From Chiloscyllium plagiosum (lineage: Eukaryota), in the NCBI RefSeq assembly GCF_004010195.1, contig NC_057758.1:7979717-8034265 (forward strand): a stretch of 54,549 nt of DNA, written 5' to 3'. The notes under the pieces were generated by a model that was not told where the DNA came from, did not search any database, and saw nothing but the letters and a program-made list of their open reading frames with translations. A program made the translations under genes and the position numbers. Below, one piece after another: positions 50,111-54,549 of the stretch. The first letter of the stretch is position 1. The number at the start of each line of letters is the position of its first letter.

Positions 50111-51344
50111 TGTTATATAAGATCTGGGTCATGATGAAATCAACTGCACTCAAATACCCATCAGGCCAATGAGCATGTGATGCAGCAACAAAAATGACTA
50201 GTCTCATGTTCTGCTGGCATGAGACTGTATGTACTATATTTCTCCAGATTTAATTTTTTAAATGTGTTATCTGTCTTTGAAGTATTCTAAGCTCTCGCCA
50301 GGACTTCAATCCATCATTCTGATGAAGGGTTACAGAGCTAAAACATTAACTCTGTTTCTACTCTCCATAGATACTGCTGAATTAGCTAGTTCAGCAGTTA
50401 TTAATGTTCACAATAAAGTGGACAAATCAATTTATGGGCAAAATCATAGAGATCCGTGGGAGATGTTCAAAAAGGAACTGTATTTGGCATGGTATGTGTT
50501 TATACAGAATTGTACTTTCAGTAAAGGTAAGTTCCACTGAGAAAGGAAGAGCTGAAGAGGAGGACGGTGGGTAAGAAAGTTAAGGGTGGTGTCAAATTGA
50601 AAGAAAATGCTTAACATTCTGTGAAAATTCAATGTAGGTGACTAACTGGAGGAAATTTTGCAAACCAGGAAACAGTGGCGAAAACGATGAAAAGGGCAAA
50701 ATTAGATTAAGAGACAAACTAGCAAGAAATATAAAATTAGACTGTAAAACATTCTACAACTACATAAACAAGGAAAGTCTAGCAAAATTGAGCTTAATCA
50801 AGTAAAGGGTCTTCATTTTAAGGCAGAGGTGAAAGAAATTGAGTTGTTGGTCTGGACTCTTCCCCAAAGGCACGTAACTGGAGTTGTGACCAAAACCAGA
50901 TTAATCATGATCTTATTGAACGGTGGAGCAGGCTCGAGTGGCCAAAAAGGCCAAACATTGCTCCTATTTCTTCCTACCTTGTGGTGTTACAATTGGTGCC
51001 TGACATGAGCTCAACGATAACTCAACCTGCATTTCTTAATAAAATTAAATCATAGTGATTGAATTAACAACTTGGATTGGTTCCGATGTAATCCCATTTA
51101 GCCTCACAGACATGGGAATGAATCCAGCAGCAGCTGGTTTATGTTCATGTTGTAAGCAGATTCTCTTCAGTGGGACTTGGAGCATTTCACAGAACTACAG
51201 AGATTCTCAGAATGAGCTTTTCCCTTTGCATGAATTCCTTTTGCTTTGGTTGGAAGCAGTAATGAGTCGGCATTTCTGAACCTCGCTTCTCACAAGGTTC
51301 ATGTCTCTGTTAGAGCAGTACTTATGTTCACTCTCTTCCTGCAG

Positions 51345-51534
51345 GGCTCCCGCCCTATTTCTCCATCCAAAGAGTTTTAGGGGACCTGGCTGAACTGAAT
51401 GTGAGGAAGCACAAAGACAGATTGAAAGAAACCCCAGGGCAGAGTGCAAACCTGAATGGAGGCAGGAGGATTTACTTAACAAATCCAAGAATTGCAAAGA
51501 AAACAAATCAAAGAGTGACATAACAGCAGAGCAG
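51345..51534 (+). other. Putative exon of an unidentified gene
   Basis: Strong acceptor ttcactctcttcctgcAG and donor CAG|GTAAGT in apparently non-repeat DNA; phase-1 frame reads LPPYFSIQRVLGDLAELNVRKHKDRLKETPGQSANLNGGRRIYLTNPRIAKKTNQRVT* (stop at 51521-51523). Confidence 0.45.
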
Positions 51535-51719
51535 GTAAGTGAGTCTTTGGTGAGTGTTACTGTTCTGTCACTGTAAATGGAGGGTAGAGTAACAATGGGA
51601 TGTGGGACTGCATATTCACAGGTCTGGCAGAACCTAATGGTTGAAAGACTGATGTACACATTTATTACAGATACATGAAGGGTAGTGCAAGGGTTACTCG
51701 AGAACTTCACAAAACACTA

Positions 51720-52062
51720 GCTCAGGGACATGGATAGGGTAAATAGACAAGGTCTTTTCCCTGGGAGGGGGAGTCCAGAACTAGAGGGCAGAAGTTTAGG
51801 GTGAGAGGGAAAGGATTTAAAAGGGACCTAAGGTGCAGCTTTTTCATGCAGAGGGTGGTACGTGTATGGCCAGAGGATGTGGTGGAGGCTGGTACACTTA
51901 CAACATTTAAAAGGCATCTGGATGGGTATATGAATAGAAAGGGTTTGGACGGATATGGGCCAAGTGCTGGCAAATGGGATTAGATTAATTTAGGATATTG
52001 GGTCGGCATGGACGAGTTGGATTGAAGGGGTTACCTTCGTGCTGTACATCTCTATGACTCTA
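51720..52062 (+). mobile_element. HER1/CR1 3' tail
   Basis: FKRDLRCSFFMQRVV..FKRHLDGYMNRKGL; ctctatgactct tail. Confidence 0.9.
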
Positions 52063-52611
52063 GACAGCAGCTCGCATATTTCATACAGGAAGGATAACAC
52101 TGTACTGTTTATAGTAGCAGATTTACAAGGATGTTTCCAGCATGGGTTAATTCTAGAGATGAGGAAAGGATCATTTTCTTTGGGTGAGATTGAATGGAGG
52201 TGAATGGAGGAGTAGAGATTTCAGGGGCATTGGGGAGAATGTCTTGTTTTAACTTGGAAGACAGTGCTGGAGAAGACCATTGAGGCAGACACACCCATCA
52301 CATTGAAAAAGCATCTGGCAATACATTTGAGATACTGCAATGCATAGAGCTACAGAGTAAGAGTTGAAACTGTGATTGGGTAGAAAGGCTCTGTTTTGGC
52401 CAGAATAGAGATGATCAATTTCTGAGAGTTGAAATCCCTGCTCCAACCCACACAGCTGCGAGGTCAGGGTGGGGAAACCCCTGTGGGTTACTGTAGCTTT
52501 GTAGCAGACAATTATCTGTCAATGCCTGGTGGAGGTGGAGGTTCACTCATTTGGGACAGGAAGGCCCTCTCAGGGAGCTGTTGATTAATCAGAGGCTGAC
52601 AACTCATATCA

Positions 52612-52929
52612 GGGCGGCATGGTGGCACAGTGGTTAGCACTGTTGCCTCACAGTGCCAGAGACCCGGGTTCAATTCCCGCCTCAGGCGACTGACTGTGTG
52701 GAGTTTGCACAGTCTCCGCGTGTCTGCGTCGGTTTTCTCTGGGTGCTCCAGTTTCCTCCCACAGTCCAAAAATGTGCAGGTTAGGTGGATTGGCCATGAT
52801 AAAATTGCATGTAGTGTTAGGTGAAGGGGTAAAATGTAGGGGAATGGGTTTGGGTGGGATGCACTTCAGCGGGTCGGTGTGGACTTGTTGGGCCGAAGGG
52901 CCTGTTTCCACACTGTAAGTAATTTAATC
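52612..52929 (+). mobile_element. Full-length HE1-type V-SINE
   Basis: gggcggcatggtggcacagtgg, gggttcaattccc, V-domain, tail. Confidence 0.92.
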
Positions 52930-53346
52930 AGGAGTACCAGTGGCAATGGTCAGTACTCCACTCTGAGAGAGTAGGCTTGGGGTTAGGGTCAGGGGTTACA
53001 AGGGGCCAGGCTTTGAGATTCCATTGGTGAGGGAAGTTCATGCTGTTGGTCACCATGCCCCTTGTAGGTAATGGTGAGGTTAGGTAGACAGTTGGGCACA
53101 ACAGCCTGGGCACCCACCTTAACTTATATGACCATCCACCCAGTTTCTTGCCTATGGTGTCCAGTCAAATTTGTCCCTGTTATCTATGTTCTGAGTGAAA
53201 GGGAGAAACATAGACACTGCTCGTGTAACCAGCAAGTACCACATGACTGTTCAGGTGTCAGACACTGAATGGCCAACCGAAATCATCCCACTTATTAAAC
53301 TATCACAAAACCCTGTAGGCACTGAAAATCAGAATCTGAAACTGGA

Positions 53347-53689
53347 AATTTGAGAAATACTCAGTAGGTTTGACAGTGTCCAAGAGAAGACAAACTGATT
53401 GACTGTTCAGATCAATGACAGTTCAAAATCAAAGGCATTGTGAGAAAGTGAAATGGATGGTGTCATAGAGGTGTACAGCACGGAAACAGACACTTCGGTC
53501 AAAACCGTCCATGCAATTTGAGAAATACTCAGTAGGTTTGACAGTGTCCAAGAGAAGACAAACTGATTGACTGTTCAGATCAATGTCAGTTCAAAATCAA
53601 AGGCATTGTGAGAAAGTGAAATGGATGAGTCATAGTGTCATAGAGGTGTACAGCACGGAAACAGACACTTCGGTCAAAACCGTCCATGC
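53347..53689. repeat. ~170-bp tandem duplication spanning a LINE 3' junction
   Basis: 53347-53514 is repeated at 53515-53689 with small indels. Confidence 0.9.
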
Positions 53690-54549
53690 TGACCAGATAT
53701 CCCAACCCAATTTAGACCCACCTGCCAGCACCCGGCCCATTTCCCTCCAAACCCTTCCTATTCATGTACGCATCCAAATGCCTCTTAAATGTTGTAATTA
53801 TACTAGCCTCCACCACTTTGTTTGGTAGCTCATTCCATACACGCACCTACCTCTGTGTGAAACAGTTGCCCCTTAGGTCTCTTTTATATCTTGCCCCTCT
53901 CACCCTAAACTTCTGCCCTCTAGTTCTGGACTCCCCAACCCCAGGGAAAAGACTTTGCCTATTTACCCTATCCATGCCCCTCATAATTTTGTAAACCTCT
54001 ACAAGGTCACCCCTCAGCCTCCAACACTCCAGGGAAAACAGTCACAGCCTGTTCAGCCTCTCCCTATAGCTCAAATCCTCTAATCCTGGCAACATCCTTG
54101 TAAATCTTTTCCGATAGGAAGGAGACCAGAATTGGACGCAATATTGCAACAGTGGCCTAACCAATGTCCTGTACAGCCGCAACATGACCTCCCAACTCCT
54201 GTACACAATACTCTGACCAATAAAGGAAAGCATAAGAATGATTTTGGGATAGTGTAGGGGGATGAGCTGAGAATAGTTCACAGGTCGGCACAACATCGAG
54301 GACTGAAGGGCCTGTTCTGCGCTGCAGTGTTCTATGTTCTATGTTCTACACCAAACGCCTTCTTCACTCTCCTGTCTACCTGCGACTCCACTTTCAAGAA
54401 GCTATGAACCTGCACTCCAAGGTCTCTTTGTTCAGCAACACTCCCTAGGACCTTACCATTAAGTGTATAAGTCCTGCTAAGATTTGCTTTCCCAAAATGC
54501 AGCACCTCGCATTTATCTGAATTAAACTCCATCTGCCACTTCTCAGCCC
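53625..54549 (-). mobile_element. HER1/CR1 3' region, interrupted by a short plus-strand CR1 tail (54240-54346)
   Basis: LYRTLVRPLLQYCVQFWSP; FNSDKCEVLHFGKAN; inserted tail ends (TTCTATG)n. Confidence 0.9.

Noticed and set aside
51207..51710. 167-aa minus-strand ORF
   Set aside because: No recognisable motif or true ATG context; lies antisense to a better-supported plus-strand exon

Overview
Repeat-dense vertebrate genomic DNA, very likely from a cartilaginous fish (shark or ray), inferred from multiple HE1-type V-SINEs and matching HER1/CR1 LINE tails. Most of the window is decayed CR1 LINEs, Penelope-like elements with hammerhead-ribozyme cores, an RTE fragment, a decayed endogenous retrovirus (gag-pro-RT, ~9.2-12.8 kb) abutting a Gmr1/SCAN-type Gypsy element, a degenerate ~28-bp minisatellite and four assembly gaps. 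The main result is an apparently intact, spliced beta-defensin-like gene on the + strand that the ORF track only half shows. A signal-peptide exon (22886-22976) joins in phase 1 to a six-cysteine exon (25705-25871), giving an 85-aa cationic precursor with a 25-aa Lys/Thr/Ser-rich C-terminal tail, followed by an AATAAA. Also present are an orphan first exon resembling shark GPR139/142-like receptors (1976-2063) and an unidentified exon with strong splice signals (51345-51534). All calls were made by eye; TE boundaries are approximate.
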